Source of the DNA: Nitrospirota bacterium
Lineage (GTDB): Bacteria; Nitrospirota; UBA9217
Reading direction: 5' to 3'
Assembly (NCBI GenBank): GCA_963790205.1
Contig: CAWBNQ010000008.1
Span: 32,001 to 96,000, forward strand
Length of the DNA stretch: 64,000 bases
Shown piece by piece: positions 22,972 through 32,428 of this stretch; the first letter of the stretch is position 1, and each line of letters starts with the position of its first letter. A program made the position numbers and the translations under genes. A model generated the notes under the pieces. The model did not search any database. It worked only from the letters and a program-made list of their open reading frames with translations, and was not told the origin of the DNA.

Positions 22972-23610
22972 ACGGAGACTGTTGACGTCTTAAACTGCCG
23001 GGGAAGAAAAACCGGTGAAACGATAGTGCGCGACGAGGCGCACCGCGCCGGCACGTGGCATGGAGCGTTCCATTGTCTTATCATTTACGAGCGCGACGGC
23101 AGGGGACACGCGCTGTTTCAGAAGCGGTCCGCTCTGAAGGAAATCGCTCCCGGCAAGTTCGACGTGAGCGTGGGCGGGCACTACGGCGCGGGAGAAAACG
23201 CAGCTGCGGCGGGACCCCGGGAGATCAAGGAAGAGCTCGGTCTGGACGTCACGTTCGACGATCTCCTTCCCGTCGGCCGCAGGGTCTTCGTGTACTGTTT
23301 CACTCCCGGCGTGATGGAGTACGAGTTCCAGGACGTGTTTCTCCTGCCCGGGGATATCCGGCTTCAAGAGACCACTCTCCAGGAAGAAGAGGTTGACGGG
23401 CTGTTCGAGATGGATATCGAGCTCGGCATCAAGCTCTTCAGCAGGGAAATTCCGCAGGCGGGAGGATGGTTTTACAAAAGCGGGGCCCAGGCCGGGCGGG
23501 TAGAGGTCTCCGTAGAAGAGTTTGTGCCCTGTCTCGACAATTACTATCTCAAGCTGCTCCTGCTTTCACAGCGCTACTTCGGCGGCGAGCGACGGCGCCT
23601 TGTCATCTGA
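22972..23610 (+). CDS. IDI-like NUDIX hydrolase, start uncertain (ACG 22972 or GTG 23026)
   Basis: QKRS, PGKFD, GGH, REIKEELG Nudix box; family-like N-terminus ETVDVLN..G.KTG continues in frame upstream of 23026. Confidence 0.8.
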   Translation, partial: TETVDVLNCRGRKTGETIVRDEAHRAGTWHGAFHCLIIYERDGRGHALFQKRSALKEIAPGKFDVSVGGHYGAGENAAAAGPREIKEELGLDVTFDDLLPVGRRVFVYCFTPGVMEYEFQDVFLLPGDIRLQETTLQEEEVDGLFEMDIELGIKLFSREIPQAGGWFYKSGAQAGRVEVSVEEFVPCLDNYYLKLLLLSQRYFGGERRRLVI

Positions 23611-23787
23611 CCTGCCCTCTTATAATCTTTCTTGACTATTCATGTCGTTCCGATACAATATGATGACACGCCTGCATCCGTTTACGGCATCGAAGCCACG
23701 CTGGCCCCGGCTTCTTCCGGCGCATTTCATCGTACAAAAAGCTGTGAAAGCGGGCTTCAATACGTTCATCATAAGGAGGTATGTATC

Positions 23788-24186
23788 ATGACGAAAGTTC
23801 TGTTCGGGTTCGCGGCGGTTGTCATTGCAGGGCTGGTTCTTTTCGGATGTTCGAAGGGATATGAAAAGAAAACAGTCGCAGGCGACCTGACTATCACGCT
23901 CTCAATAGACCGCTATCCGCTTGTGAAAGGAGACAACATGCTGAGCGTACAGGCGGCCGATGCGTCCGGCAAGCCGGTGACCGATGCCGCGGTGAGCGTA
24001 CGCTACTTCATGCCGGTCATGCCGGGCATGGCGCCCATGGACTTCAATACCCAGGCAGTGCTCACGGGAGACCACTACGCGTTCTCCGCCAATGTGCCCA
24101 TGGAAGGCGGATGGAAGGCAGAGGTATCCGTAGCGCGTCCGGGCAAGCCCGCTGCAACGGCGACGTTCAATATCGACGCGCGGTAG
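23788..24186 (+). CDS. YtkA/FixH-like lipoprotein (Met-rich, copper-associated)
   Basis: LFGC lipobox, MPVMPGMAPM, MEGGW; AAGGAGGT SD. Confidence 0.8.
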   Translation: MTKVLFGFAAVVIAGLVLFGCSKGYEKKTVAGDLTITLSIDRYPLVKGDNMLSVQAADASGKPVTDAAVSVRYFMPVMPGMAPMDFNTQAVLTGDHYAFSANVPMEGGWKAEVSVARPGKPAATATFNIDAR

Positions 24187-24329
24187 TGAAAGACAAATTC
24201 GAAATTTTAATATCGAAATCTTCAATAAATTCAAATTTCAAGCCGAACAAAAAAGCAGTAACAATTTTAATATCGACATTGTTTCGGTTTTAGGGTTTAG
24301 AGATTCGAATTTACCGTATAAATTACAGC

Positions 24330-25433
24330 ATGGATAAATTCCCCTTCTGGAAGTTCAAGGGCATTAAAGCAGTAGTGCTGGCGGGCCTGCTTGCGCTCAT
24401 TTCGCTCCTCCATTATCTGGCCTGGGGCGTGCAAGCAGGCATACTCCACGGCGTTCTCGGCCATCTCTATATCATACCGATCATCCTCGGGGCCTATTGG
24501 TATGGCATCAAGGGCGGCGTGATCGTTTCCATTGCCTCGATGGTCCTCTTCTCGCCCCATTTATTTCATCACTGGCACGACCCTTTCCTGGATGTTTACA
24601 ACTATATTGAGCTGTTCCTCTTTCTTCTGATCGGCGGTGTGACCGGCGTGCTGAGCCAGATGGAGCGCCACCAGCGCGGGCGCTACGAAGAGGCGCTCAA
24701 ACGGCTCGATGAATCGCACCGGAAGCTCATGGAACAGACGAACATCCTGTTCCAGACCGAGGAACAGCTCCGGAGAGCGGACCGTTTGTCGGCCTTGGGC
24801 GAGCTGTCGGCAGGCATGGCGCACGAGATACGGAATCCGCTCGGCTCGATCAAGGGCGCCGTGGAGATCCTGAAGGACGATTACACTCCTGACGATGCGA
24901 AGTACGAATTCATCGGGATACTTCTCAAGGAAACGGACCGGCTGAACCGTATCGTACAGGAGTTCCTCGGTTTCTCCAGGCCCAAGCAGCCGGAGTTCCG
25001 CCAGGCGGACCTGAATGAGGCCATCGAGTCCGTGCTCACGCTCACCGCACAGGAGGCCCGCAAAGCAGGGGTGGAGGTCGACAAAAAACTCGACCCGTCC
25101 ATCGGCAAGCGCAGCCTCGATGCAAGCATGCTGAAGCAGGCGTTTTTGAATCTCATTCTGAACGCGATCCAAGCCATGCCAAACGGCGGCGTGCTCACCG
25201 TTGAGAGCAGCCTCCGGAGCGATGCCCTCGAGGTGCGGATCGCGGACACGGGCGTCGGGATATCGGAAGGAGATCGCAAGAAGCTTTTCAGCCCTTTTTT
25301 TACGACCAAGAAGAACGGCACCGGTCTCGGTCTCGCCATTACCTACCGGATCATTGAGAACCATCGCGGCAAAATTGATGTTACGAGCGAGCAGGGCAAG
25401 GGCGCGATGTTCACGGTGAAGATACCGTTGTAA
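24330..25433 (+). CDS. Membrane sensor histidine kinase
   Basis: His-rich TM region, AHEIRNPL H-box, NAIQA, DTGVG, FFTTK, GTGLGL. Confidence 0.93.
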   Translation: MDKFPFWKFKGIKAVVLAGLLALISLLHYLAWGVQAGILHGVLGHLYIIPIILGAYWYGIKGGVIVSIASMVLFSPHLFHHWHDPFLDVYNYIELFLFLLIGGVTGVLSQMERHQRGRYEEALKRLDESHRKLMEQTNILFQTEEQLRRADRLSALGELSAGMAHEIRNPLGSIKGAVEILKDDYTPDDAKYEFIGILLKETDRLNRIVQEFLGFSRPKQPEFRQADLNEAIESVLTLTAQEARKAGVEVDKKLDPSIGKRSLDASMLKQAFLNLILNAIQAMPNGGVLTVESSLRSDALEVRIADTGVGISEGDRKKLFSPFFTTKKNGTGLGLAITYRIIENHRGKIDVTSEQGKGAMFTVKIPL

Positions 25434-25436
25434 TTT

Positions 25437-25563
25437 AAAGCACCAAATGACAAGCACGAAATAACAAATAAGCGCCAATTATCAAAAACCAAATTTCAAA
25501 CGTCTGGAATTTGATGGTTGAATCTTGGAATTTATTTGGGATCTGTTGTTTGTGATTTGAATT
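25437..25563. repeat. Heptamer-periodic imperfect palindromic element, homolog of 1537-1670
   Basis: Shares CAAGCACGAAAyAACAAATAA and ACCAAATTTCAAACGTyTGGAA with the first copy. Confidence 0.7.
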
Positions 25564-25576
25564 TTTTCTCTTTTTT

Positions 25577-26929
25577 ATGAAGAAACCCTCTATCCTCCTC
25601 ATAGACGACGACGACAGCCTGCGCCGGGTCATGGAGTTCAGCCTGGTCGAGTCGGGGTACCGGGTCCAGGCGGCGGCAAGCGGCGAGGACGGGCTGCGCC
25701 TTCTCGAAAAGGAGGCCTTCGACGCGGTGATCACGGACATCACCATGCCCGGCATGAGCGGCATGGAGGTCCTTGCCAGGGTCTATGAGCGCGATGAACG
25801 GATACCCGTGGTCGTCATCACGGCCTATGGCACGATCGAGAGCGCCGTCCTTGCCATGAAGAAGGGCGCCTTCGACTACATTACCAAGCCTTTTAACCGA
25901 GACGAGCTCCGGCTTACGCTTGACAAGGCGCTCAGGATGCGGCGGCTGGAGAAAGAAAATGTCGAGCTGCGCGCCGAGGTCACGGACCGGTATTGTTTTG
26001 AGAGCATCATCGGCGTCAGCGAAAAGATCAAGGACCTCCTGGCTTTGGCGGGACGGGTCGCCGCGAGCAACGCGAGCGTTTTGATCACCGGGGAAAGCGG
26101 CACGGGCAAGGAACTTCTTGCAAAAGGCATCCATTACAACAGTCCCCGCGCGGAAGGTCCCTTTGTCGCCGTGAACTGCGCGGCGATCCCCGAGAACCTG
26201 ATCGAGAGCGAGCTCTTCGGACATGTAAAGGGCGCCTTCACCGGGGCGGTGAAGGACCGCGAGGGAAAGTTCGAGTCCGCTGCAGGCGGCACGCTCTTCC
26301 TCGATGAGATCGGCGATCTCCGGATGGACCTCCAGGCCAAGATCCTGCGCGCGCTCCAGGAGCGGCAGGTGGACCGCGTGGGCGGCAATCGTCCGATCGA
26401 CCTGGACGTGCGCGTGATCGCCGCCACGAATAAAGATGTCGAACGGGCGGTCAAAGACGGGGGCTTTCGCGAGGACCTCTATTACCGGCTGAGCGTGGTC
26501 ACCCTTCACATGCCCCCGCTCCGTGAGCGGCGCGACGATATTCCCCTGCTGGCAAGTCACTTTCTCAAAAAATACAATCCGGGCACGGAGCTGCGGTTCG
26601 ACGCCGGGGCGCTTTCGGCGATGAAGGCCTACGGCTGGCCGGGGAACGTGCGTGAACTCGAGAACGTCATTGAGCGTGCGTCGGTGCTTAAGCGGGGAGA
26701 CGTCGTAACCCCTGCCGATCTGCCTGATAAGCTGAAGAAGGAAAAAGCGGAGGTCGAAAACATCATCCTGAATCTTCCGGACGAGGGGATCAAGCTCGAA
26801 GACCTGGAAAAGAGCCTTATCATCAAGGCGCTCGAAAAACACAGGGGCAACCAGACCCGGGCTGCGGAATATCTCGGGATCACGCGTCCCACGCTCATCT
26901 ATCGTATGGAGAAGTACGGGATCAAGTAG
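25577..26929 (+). CDS. NtrC-family sigma54-dependent response regulator
   Basis: REC domain, GESGTGKE, GAFTGA, WPGNVREL, Fis-type HTH. Confidence 0.95.
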   Translation: MKKPSILLIDDDDSLRRVMEFSLVESGYRVQAAASGEDGLRLLEKEAFDAVITDITMPGMSGMEVLARVYERDERIPVVVITAYGTIESAVLAMKKGAFDYITKPFNRDELRLTLDKALRMRRLEKENVELRAEVTDRYCFESIIGVSEKIKDLLALAGRVAASNASVLITGESGTGKELLAKGIHYNSPRAEGPFVAVNCAAIPENLIESELFGHVKGAFTGAVKDREGKFESAAGGTLFLDEIGDLRMDLQAKILRALQERQVDRVGGNRPIDLDVRVIAATNKDVERAVKDGGFREDLYYRLSVVTLHMPPLRERRDDIPLLASHFLKKYNPGTELRFDAGALSAMKAYGWPGNVRELENVIERASVLKRGDVVTPADLPDKLKKEKAEVENIILNLPDEGIKLEDLEKSLIIKALEKHRGNQTRAAEYLGITRPTLIYRMEKYGIK

Positions 26930-27035
26930 ATGATACAGGATACAGGAAAAAACTTTATTTGATCGCGGCAATGATGTATCATGAATCATGTCTCGTGCAT
27001 CATGAAGCATACCACTACACCCAAGGAGGAATATC

Positions 27036-27242
27036 ATGGTAAAGAAAACGCTCAAGATTCAGGGAATGACCTGCAACCACTGCGTGATGCGGGTGGCGAA
27101 GGCCCTGAAGGCGGTACCGGGGGTCCAGGACGCGCAGGTTGACCTGCAGAAGGCCGAGGCGGTCGTCACCTATGACGAAGGAAAGGTCGCACAGGATAAG
27201 CTGGGTTTCGCCGTGGTTGAGGCGGGCTATAAGGTGGTTTAA
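27036..27242 (+). CDS. copZ: Copper chaperone CopZ (HMA domain)
   Basis: GMTCNHC, EAGY; AAGGAGG SD. Confidence 0.88.
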   Translation: MVKKTLKIQGMTCNHCVMRVAKALKAVPGVQDAQVDLQKAEAVVTYDEGKVAQDKLGFAVVEAGYKVV

Positions 27243-27259
27243 CGGTTTTTTCCTCTTGC

Positions 27260-27288
27260 TTGACAACGGATGGGCCTCTCAGTATAAT
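27260..27288 (+). promoter_or_regulatory. Consensus sigma70 promoter of fba
   Basis: Exact TTGACA-17-TATAAT. Confidence 0.8.
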
Positions 27289-27339
27289 TCAACGTGTTGG
27301 AGATACGCTTGACGTAAATAAAAAACACCGGAGGGTCCA

Positions 27340-28416
27340 ATGGCCAAGACACTGCAGGATCTCATGCCCGCAAATGCAAGAAAAAAACTGGGAAACGCAA
27401 CCAAACTCAACGTGGTTTCCTCTCATGACGTCTTCAGGGTGCTGAAGGAAGACAAAGTGATCATTATGGCGTGCAATACGAGGATCAAACATGTGATCCC
27501 GGGGATCATGCGCGCGGCCGAGGACCTCGATGCCGTCGTGTGCTTCGAGCTCGCTAAGAGCGAGGGAGACCTCAAGGGCGGTTATACCGGCATGGACCCC
27601 TCTAAATACGCGGAGACAGTCTTCGGATACGCGGACTCGATCAAATTCTCCAAGCCCTTCTTTATCCACGGCGATCACGTGACCACCAAGAGCCCTGATC
27701 CGGCAGTCGTCGGAAGCTCCCGGGACCTTATCACGGCCGAGCTTGCGGCGGGGTATACCTCGATCGCCATAGACGCATCGTTCAATGAAACGCCGGATAA
27801 CATCAAGATCAGCTCGGAACTCGGACGCCTGGTGCTCGACGCGGGCTGCGGCCTCGAGGCGGAGGTCGGGGAAATTAAATCGACCAAAGAAGGCGGAGAG
27901 ATCACGACCGTGGAAGAGGCGGTGGAGTTCATCGAGGGCATGGAAAAAGCGGGGGTGCATGCCGATCTTTTGGCCACCAACAACGGCTCCAAACACGGAA
28001 ATTACAAGCCCGGCGAAGAGGTCCATATCGAGCTCAAACGCACCGGCGACATCTACAACGCGATCAGGAAATGGGGCGTGTGCATTGCGCAGCACGGCAT
28101 CACCGGCACTCCGCTGGACCAGGTGGGCCAGTTCGCCGATTACGGGATCAGAAAAGGCAACGTGGGCACCAACTGGCAGAACATCGCTCACGACTGCCTG
28201 CCGGCAGACCTCATGAGCAAGATGCGCGAGTGGGCAAAGAAAGAGAACAAGGACATCAAATTCGCCACGAAACAGTTCCTGTCCGATATCGATTCGATCT
28301 CAAAGGACTATGTGAAAAAGACCGAGGAAATGGCGTACCGGTCCGCCGCGGAGTTCATTACCGCGTTCCGCGCCAGGGGCACGGCGTCGCTCGTGGCCAA
28401 GCGGCTTCTGCAATAA
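27340..28416 (+). CDS. fba: Class II fructose-bisphosphate aldolase
   Basis: HGDH, IDAS, EAEVG, GSKHG, HGITG, KGNVGT. Confidence 0.88.
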   Translation: MAKTLQDLMPANARKKLGNATKLNVVSSHDVFRVLKEDKVIIMACNTRIKHVIPGIMRAAEDLDAVVCFELAKSEGDLKGGYTGMDPSKYAETVFGYADSIKFSKPFFIHGDHVTTKSPDPAVVGSSRDLITAELAAGYTSIAIDASFNETPDNIKISSELGRLVLDAGCGLEAEVGEIKSTKEGGEITTVEEAVEFIEGMEKAGVHADLLATNNGSKHGNYKPGEEVHIELKRTGDIYNAIRKWGVCIAQHGITGTPLDQVGQFADYGIRKGNVGTNWQNIAHDCLPADLMSKMREWAKKENKDIKFATKQFLSDIDSISKDYVKKTEEMAYRSAAEFITAFRARGTASLVAKRLLQ

Positions 28417-28657
28417 CGCTTCATGGCCGGAAGCGATATCCGCCGGGGAAGCAAGAAGACTTAGAAAGTAAAGCTCTAAAGCTGAAACTCGAAATTCTGG
28501 ACAATATTGAAGAACCAATACGCAACTTTTAAACATTGAGATTTTGATATTGTTCAGCGTTTAGGAACTAGTGCTTCGGATCTGCATAATCCTCTGTACC
28601 CTGTCTCCGTGTCTCTAACGATGTCTCAGAACCGTTTCTATATTTGAAAGGCGGCAG

Positions 28658-29413
28658 ATGGACCCCCAATCCAAGTGGACACTGATATTCGCCCGGTCCC
28701 GGAGGAAGCAGCTCCCCCTGGACATCGAGCACTGCTCGCCGATCGCCCTGCACAGTATCGTTCTCGACGTTCACACCTCCGATTCGGTCCTTGAACGTAT
28801 TGCCCAGGTTTATTTCGACAACGAGGACATCCTGAAAGACCTGGTCCGCTGCCCGAACCTGTCCGAGACGACCCTCGCGTTCATCGCGTTGACGGCATCG
28901 GATGAGGTCAAAACATTCATTGCCGGCACACGCGTGCTCGATGTGGTGATGGGAGACGAGGCGGCGGGGGAGGGCCCCGAAGGAAAGAGGAAAAAGCTCA
29001 ACATTCAGCAGCTTATCATCAAAATGAGCCCCGCGCAAAAGATCAAGCTCGCCTTGACGGGAGCCAAGGAGGCGCGCAGCCTGCTCATCCGCGAATCGAG
29101 CAAGATCATCGCGCTGTCGGTGCTGGCAAATCCCCGGCTCACCGCCGGCGAAGTGGAGTTCTTTGCCAGGTCGCAGAACCTGAGCGAGGATGTCATACGC
29201 AAGATCGGCGGCAACGCCGAGTGGACGAGAAAAAACAATGTCGTGAGCGCGCTCGTGTTCAACCCCAAGACGCCGGTAGGCATCTCTCTCCCGTTCGTCA
29301 GCAGGCTGAATGACCGGGACCTCGGCATTCTCGAAAAGAGCCGCAGCGTGCCGGAGGCCGTGCGCACCGCGGCGCGCAACCGGCTCATTAAGAAAAAGCT
29401 CGGCAAAGGGTAG
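28658..29413 (+). CDS. Conserved hypothetical protein with LRV/HEAT-like repeats
   Basis: Repeated LxxNP motifs (LVRCPNL, LANPRL, LVFNPKTP); host-like codon usage. Confidence 0.7.
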   Translation: MDPQSKWTLIFARSRRKQLPLDIEHCSPIALHSIVLDVHTSDSVLERIAQVYFDNEDILKDLVRCPNLSETTLAFIALTASDEVKTFIAGTRVLDVVMGDEAAGEGPEGKRKKLNIQQLIIKMSPAQKIKLALTGAKEARSLLIRESSKIIALSVLANPRLTAGEVEFFARSQNLSEDVIRKIGGNAEWTRKNNVVSALVFNPKTPVGISLPFVSRLNDRDLGILEKSRSVPEAVRTAARNRLIKKKLGKG

Positions 29414-29475
29414 GCCCTCTTTTTTCTCCCGCGTTCGGCCGCTCCATTCTCCGACTCCATGGAAACAGAGGTAGT

Positions 29476-30474
29476 ATGAGACATTCAATAACCGTTCTTT
29501 TCACGTTCCTCATGCTCGTCTCCGGATGCACCGGTCCCGGGCCCAAAACCGTGCAAAAAACCGAAGCGATCATGGGCACGGACGTGACGATCACGGTCGT
29601 GGCCAGGAGCGAAGAACAGGGAGCCGCGGCGATCGACGCGGCCATGGACGAGGTCAGGCGTTTCGACAGGATGATGTCGCTGTATAAGGACGACAGCGAG
29701 ATAACGCGGGTAAACCTGGCTGCGGGGAAACATCCTGTCAAGGTATCGCCTGAGATGATCGAGGCGGTGGAGGCCGCGGCCCGGGTCTCCGGCCTCACTC
29801 ACGGGGCATTCGACGTGACGATCGGACCGCTCGTCGTGCTGTGGCAGATGCGGCTCAAAGAAGGAAAAACGCCGACCGATGCAGAGATCGCGCGCATCAA
29901 ACCCCTGGTCAACTATAAGAACATCGTTATCGACAAAAGAAAATCGACGCTGTTCCTCAGAAAACCGCACATGATCATGGATCTCGGGGGCATGAAGGGA
30001 TACATAGCGGACCGGGTGAAAGAGCTCATCAAGAAACGGGGCATCGACAATGCCATTATCGCCCTTGCCGGGGACATTTGGGTGCTCGGTCGCCGGGAAG
30101 ACGGCAAACCCTGGAGGGTCGGCGTCCAGCATCCCCGGCAGCCGGAACAGACCCTTGCCGTGCTGGACCTTTCCGATAAATATATATCGACCTCCGGTGA
30201 CTACGAACGGTACAAGATCGTTGAAAAGAAGCGGTATCACCATATCATCGATCCCCGGACCGGGAAGCCGTCAACGGGCGTCATTTCCGCCACCCTGATC
30301 GGGGACCAGGGGGCGCTTATTGATCCTCTTTGCAAAGCCCCGTTCATCCTCGGGCCCGAAGAGGGGCTGAAAATCGTGAAAAAGGCCGGGGCCGAGGCCA
30401 TAATCGTGGATGAGCAGGGAAGAATTTACATGACCGACGGGGTCAAAAACCTTGTCGATCAGCCGAAGCACTGA
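29476..30474 (+). CDS. apbE: FAD:protein FMN transferase ApbE lipoprotein
   Basis: LVSGC lipobox, MGT, GAFDVTIG, TSGDYER, HHIIDPRTG. Confidence 0.9.
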   Translation: MRHSITVLFTFLMLVSGCTGPGPKTVQKTEAIMGTDVTITVVARSEEQGAAAIDAAMDEVRRFDRMMSLYKDDSEITRVNLAAGKHPVKVSPEMIEAVEAAARVSGLTHGAFDVTIGPLVVLWQMRLKEGKTPTDAEIARIKPLVNYKNIVIDKRKSTLFLRKPHMIMDLGGMKGYIADRVKELIKKRGIDNAIIALAGDIWVLGRREDGKPWRVGVQHPRQPEQTLAVLDLSDKYISTSGDYERYKIVEKKRYHHIIDPRTGKPSTGVISATLIGDQGALIDPLCKAPFILGPEEGLKIVKKAGAEAIIVDEQGRIYMTDGVKNLVDQPKH

Positions 30475-30479
30475 GGCGT

Positions 30480-30908
30480 ATGAAAATCAAGGTCATGTTC
30501 CTGTGTACCGGCAACTCATGCCGATCCCAGATGGCGGAAGGACTCGCGCGGGAAATAGGAAGGAGCGTTCTCGAACCCTCTAGCGCGGGGCTTATGGCTG
30601 CGGGCGTGCACCCGAAGGCGATCGCTGTCATGAAAGAGATCGGTATCGATATCTCGGGTCAGAACTCGAAGGCCATCGACGAAAGACTTCTCAAGAGCAT
30701 GGACCAGGTCGTCACCCTCTGCGATAATGCTGCGGAAGCCTGTCCCATGACGCCAGAGAAGATCAAGCGCCTCCACTGGCCGATAAACGATCCTGTCAAA
30801 GCGAGGGGTACAGAAGCGGAGATCATGCAGGACTTCCGCAGGGCCCGGGACGAGATCAAGGAAAAAATTCAGGATTTCGTGATATTATTAGAAAAAGGGA
30901 AGGGCTGA
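30480..30908 (+). CDS. arsC: Thioredoxin-type arsenate reductase ArsC (LMW-PTP fold)
   Basis: CTGNSCRS P-loop, VVTLC, CP, HW...DP. Confidence 0.88.
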   Translation: MKIKVMFLCTGNSCRSQMAEGLAREIGRSVLEPSSAGLMAAGVHPKAIAVMKEIGIDISGQNSKAIDERLLKSMDQVVTLCDNAAEACPMTPEKIKRLHWPINDPVKARGTEAEIMQDFRRARDEIKEKIQDFVILLEKGKG

Positions 30909-30932
30909 TCTTACAGCTCATAAAAAAAACAG

Positions 30933-30961
30933 TTGCGATTCGTTGAATATATTGGTATTAT
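30933..30961 (+). promoter_or_regulatory. Sigma70-type promoter of the HesB-like gene
   Basis: TTGCGA-17-TATTAT with TG extended -10. Confidence 0.45.
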
Positions 30962-31009
30962 AATCAAGTAACATGCCTGTTATAAGAATTGCTCAGCAAG
31001 GAGGAAGGA

Positions 31010-31315
31010 ATGGTAAGTTTGACGGATGGTGCGGTAGGCAAGTTCAAGGAAATCGTGGAAAAGCAGGGAACTGCCGGAGACGGGGTGCGGATCTTCGTGG
31101 TTCCCGGCGGATGAAGCCCCTCTCTGGCTATGGACATAGCCAAAGCGGCCCTGAAGGGCGATACGACCCTCGAAATGAAAGGTCTTAAGATTTTTCTGGA
31201 GGAACGGGCCAGCGACATGCTGATGAACACGAACATAGATTTCCAGGAAGCGCAGGGGTTCGTGCTTACGGGAATGCAGCCGAGTTCCTGCGGTTCGTCG
31301 TGCAGCACGTGCTAA
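31010..31315 (+). CDS. HesB/IscA-like (A-type carrier fold) selenoprotein, UGA at 31112-31114
   Basis: AAGGAGG SD, ATG 31010; MVSLTDGAVGKFKEIVEKQ...VRIFVVPGG-U-SPSLAMDI...IDF...SSCGSSCSTC; the UGA sits at the conserved GGC Cys and is followed by a hairpin. Confidence 0.88.
31125..31142 (+). promoter_or_regulatory. Bacterial SECIS-like hairpin
   Basis: TGGCTAT-GGAC-ATAGCCA perfect 7-bp stem, G-initial loop starting 17 nt after the UGA. Confidence 0.75.
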
Positions 31316-31347
31316 ACGGTTGACAGAAGCATCATAATTAATATAAC

Positions 31348-31383
31348 AACCGTTGCTCTTTGTATGAGGGCAGCGGTTTTTTT
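31348..31383 (+). terminator. Intrinsic terminator after the HesB-like gene
   Basis: AACCGTTGCTCT...AGGGCAGCGGTT stem then a T run. Confidence 0.75.
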
Positions 31384-31456
31384 ATGTCCCTCCCATGGAT
31401 TTTTTTCTTCATACTCCCTGTTGCTTCAGTAACAGGTCACAGGAAAAGTTTTTTTG

Positions 31457-31572
31457 CCGTCATTGCGAGCCGAAGGCGAAGCAGTCTCGTATAAACTCCG
31501 CAAACTTGGTTGTAAAAAAATCAACAACTTCGAGATTGCCGCGTCGCAAAAAACGCTCCTTGCAATGACATT
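31457..31572. repeat. GTCATTGCGAG-type palindromic repeat element
   Basis: GTCATTGCGAG...GCAGTCTCG / CGAGATTGC...CTTGCAATGAC nested inverted repeats. Confidence 0.7.
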
Positions 31573-31702
31573 TCGAGAGTTTTTTAACACCTGCTGAATT
31601 TCCAATCCCTCTCTCCAAGTGGTGCTAAAATAAGGGCAGAGCCTCGATACAGATTGAGGCGATCCGAACCATGCATCCTTCATCGAGACAACGCATAAAC
31701 GT

Positions 31703-32428
31703 ATGCCGCTGCTTGAAATAAACAATGTCGTTTTTGGAACCGGGCCCGACGGGAAGACGCCGATCCTCGAGGGGCTTTCCCTCTTCATCGAACCGGGGGA
31801 GGTCCATGCGCTCCTCGGCACGAACGGCACGGGCAAGAGCACCCTCGCCTGCCTCCTCATGGGCTGCGAAGGGTATCGGCCGTCGCAGGGGGAAATCCGC
31901 TTTGACGGCACGAACATCAACACGCTCGCTATCCACGAGCGCGCCCGGCTTGGGATCGCCATGGCGTGGCAGGAGCCGGTCCGTTTCGAAGGGATCATGG
32001 TCAGGGACTATCTCTCGATCGGGCGGAACGACGCTGATCCGGCGGCCTGTCTCGACATGGTCGGCCTCGCGCCCGCGCTCTACCTCACGCGCATGGTCGA
32101 CAAATGCCTGAGCGGCGGCGAGCGCAAGCGGATCGAGCTGGCATCGATCCTGGCGCTGAGGCCCCGGCTCGCCATTCTCGACGAGCCCGATTCGGGCATC
32201 GACATGCTCTCGATCCAGGACGTGATCAACGTGATCACCGCTTTCAGGAAGAACGGGACCGCGGTCCTGCTCATAACCCACCGGGAGGAGATCGCGACGA
32301 TCGCCGACCGGGCGTCGCAGCTCTGCTACGGAAAGATCATCTGCTCCGGCAGTCCCGGGAACGTCGCCGAGCATTACAAGTCGCGGCATTGCCTGACCTG
32401 TAACGGCGTGGAGTGCCACTATGTCTGA
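31703..32428 (+). CDS. sufC: SufC-like Fe-S assembly ATPase (SmsC type)
   Basis: GTNGTGKST, LSGGERKRIE, ILDEPDSG, ITH; C-terminal C-X21-CxxC. Confidence 0.88.
   Translation: MPLLEINNVVFGTGPDGKTPILEGLSLFIEPGEVHALLGTNGTGKSTLACLLMGCEGYRPSQGEIRFDGTNINTLAIHERARLGIAMAWQEPVRFEGIMVRDYLSIGRNDADPAACLDMVGLAPALYLTRMVDKCLSGGERKRIELASILALRPRLAILDEPDSGIDMLSIQDVINVITAFRKNGTAVLLITHREEIATIADRASQLCYGKIICSGSPGNVAEHYKSRHCLTCNGVECHYV

Noticed and set aside
31320..31383. Promoter plus tiny sRNA (TTGACA-16-TATAAC before a terminator)
   Set aside because: The -10 lacks the final conserved T and the hairpin is explained as terminator of the upstream gene
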